Source: Octopus vulgaris (Eukaryota). Taken from it: a stretch of DNA of 64,000 nucleotides. This document shows positions 62,737 to 64,000 of the stretch, piece after piece; position 1 is the first letter of the stretch, and each line of letters starts with the position of its first letter. The notes under the pieces are model-generated. The model had not been told where the DNA came from, did no database searches, and worked only from the letters and a program-made list of their open reading frames with translations. Where the stretch lies: the NCBI GenBank assembly GCA_951406725.2, contig OX597818.1, positions 25,730,001 through 25,794,000 of the forward strand, read 5' to 3'. The position numbers were made by a program, and so were the translations under genes.

Positions 62737-64000
62737 ATCATCATCGTCGTCATCATCATCATCATTGTTTAACATCCATTTTCAATGCTGGCATGGGTTG
62801 GGCGGTTTGACTGGGGACTGGCAAGCCAGGAAGCTGCACCAGGCTCCAATCTGATCTGGCAATGTTTTAACAGCTGGATGCCCTTCCTAACACCAACCAC
62901 TGGTATTGGCCATGTTTGAATGGTACTTTTTATGTGCTACTGGCACAGGAGCCAGTCGGGGCAGAGGGGCTGTCATTGACCACATTTGGATGGTGCGGTT
63001 TATGTGCCACTGGCATGGGGAGCCAGTCAGGCAGCACTGGCAATGACCCATGCACGAATGTTGCTTATTGTGTGCCACCAGTACAGAAGCCAGTCAGGTG
63101 GCACTGGCATTGGCCACAATTACAATTTCCATTTGATTGTGATTGTTATTTGATTTGATTTTGAATTTGATTTTACTTGACTCAATAGGTCTCCTCAAGC
63201 ACGGCATGTCACCTAATGATTCAAAGGTGCTTTTTAAATGGGCTGGTTATGTGACACTGGTGTAGGCTATGGTTGAGATCTCACTTTACTTGCTGGGTCT
63301 TCTCAATCACAGCCTATCTCCAGAGGTCTCAGTCTTTTGTCATTGCCTTTGTAAGGCCCAACGTTCAAAGGTCATGCTTCACCACTTCATCCCATGTCTT
63401 CCTGGGTCTCCCTCTTCCATGGGTTCCTTCCACTGTTAGGGAGTGATACTTCTTCACACAGCTCTCCTCATCCATACACAACACATGACTATACCAGAGT
63501 ATTCATCTCTCTTGCAACCACATCTGATGCTTTTTATGTCCAGCATTTCTGTCAGGGCACTTACACTCTATCATGTGTGCACACTGACATTACACATCGA
63601 GTAGATCATACTAGCTTCATTTGTTTCAAGACTACGCATGTCTTCAGCAGTCATGGCCCATGTTTCACTGCCGTATAACATGGCAGTTCGTATACATGCA
63701 TCATACAATCTACCTTTCACTCTGAGTGAGAGGTCCTTTGTCACCAGTAGAGGTAGGAGCTTTCTCAACTTTGCCCAGGCTATTCTTATTCTAGTGGCAA
63801 CACTCTCCAAGCATCCACCCCACAACAGACTTGGTCACCTAGGTAGCGGAAACTATCAAATACTTCTAGTTTCTCCCTCTGGCATGTGATGGAATCAGTT
63901 TTCTGAGCATCTGCGGTGTTTATTGCTCTTGTACATCTGCTGCACACAAAAGCTATCTTCCCAGTTAACTTTCCTTTGATGTTGCTGCACCTATAGGGAT
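62737..64000 (-). mobile_element. RTE LINE 3' part, running off the window end
   Basis: RIRIAWAKLR..LRVKGRLYDAC..YGSETW; (CAT)n tail at 62737. Confidence 0.9.

Overview
AT-rich, microsatellite-dense eukaryotic DNA. The SINE, RTE and microsatellite make-up suggests an octopod cephalopod (inference). No complete host gene, rRNA, tRNA or CRISPR array is present. The window is mostly transposons: one young 5'-truncated R4/Dong LINE with an intact 644-aa RT-REL ORF in a (TAA)n tract, many decayed RTE LINEs, Penelope-like (PLE) fragments, Tc1/mariner/maT elements, TTAA MITEs, a non-autonomous Helitron and three SINE families. Main observations: (1) about a dozen type-I hammerhead-ribozyme-like cassettes, mostly in or beside (TA)n tracts, several as fold-backs that break in ribozyme stem II, one as a retrozyme-like 359-bp tandem, and one fused to a perfect 82-bp inverted copy of nearby DNA; (2) RTE 3' tails carrying foreign cargo, including a BPL_N-like gene fragment inserted in a SINE; (3) an apparent gene-conversion tract between two inverted Tc1 copies; (4) candidate host terminal exons at 57.4-58.3 kb. 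Boundaries of decayed elements are approximate and were read by eye.
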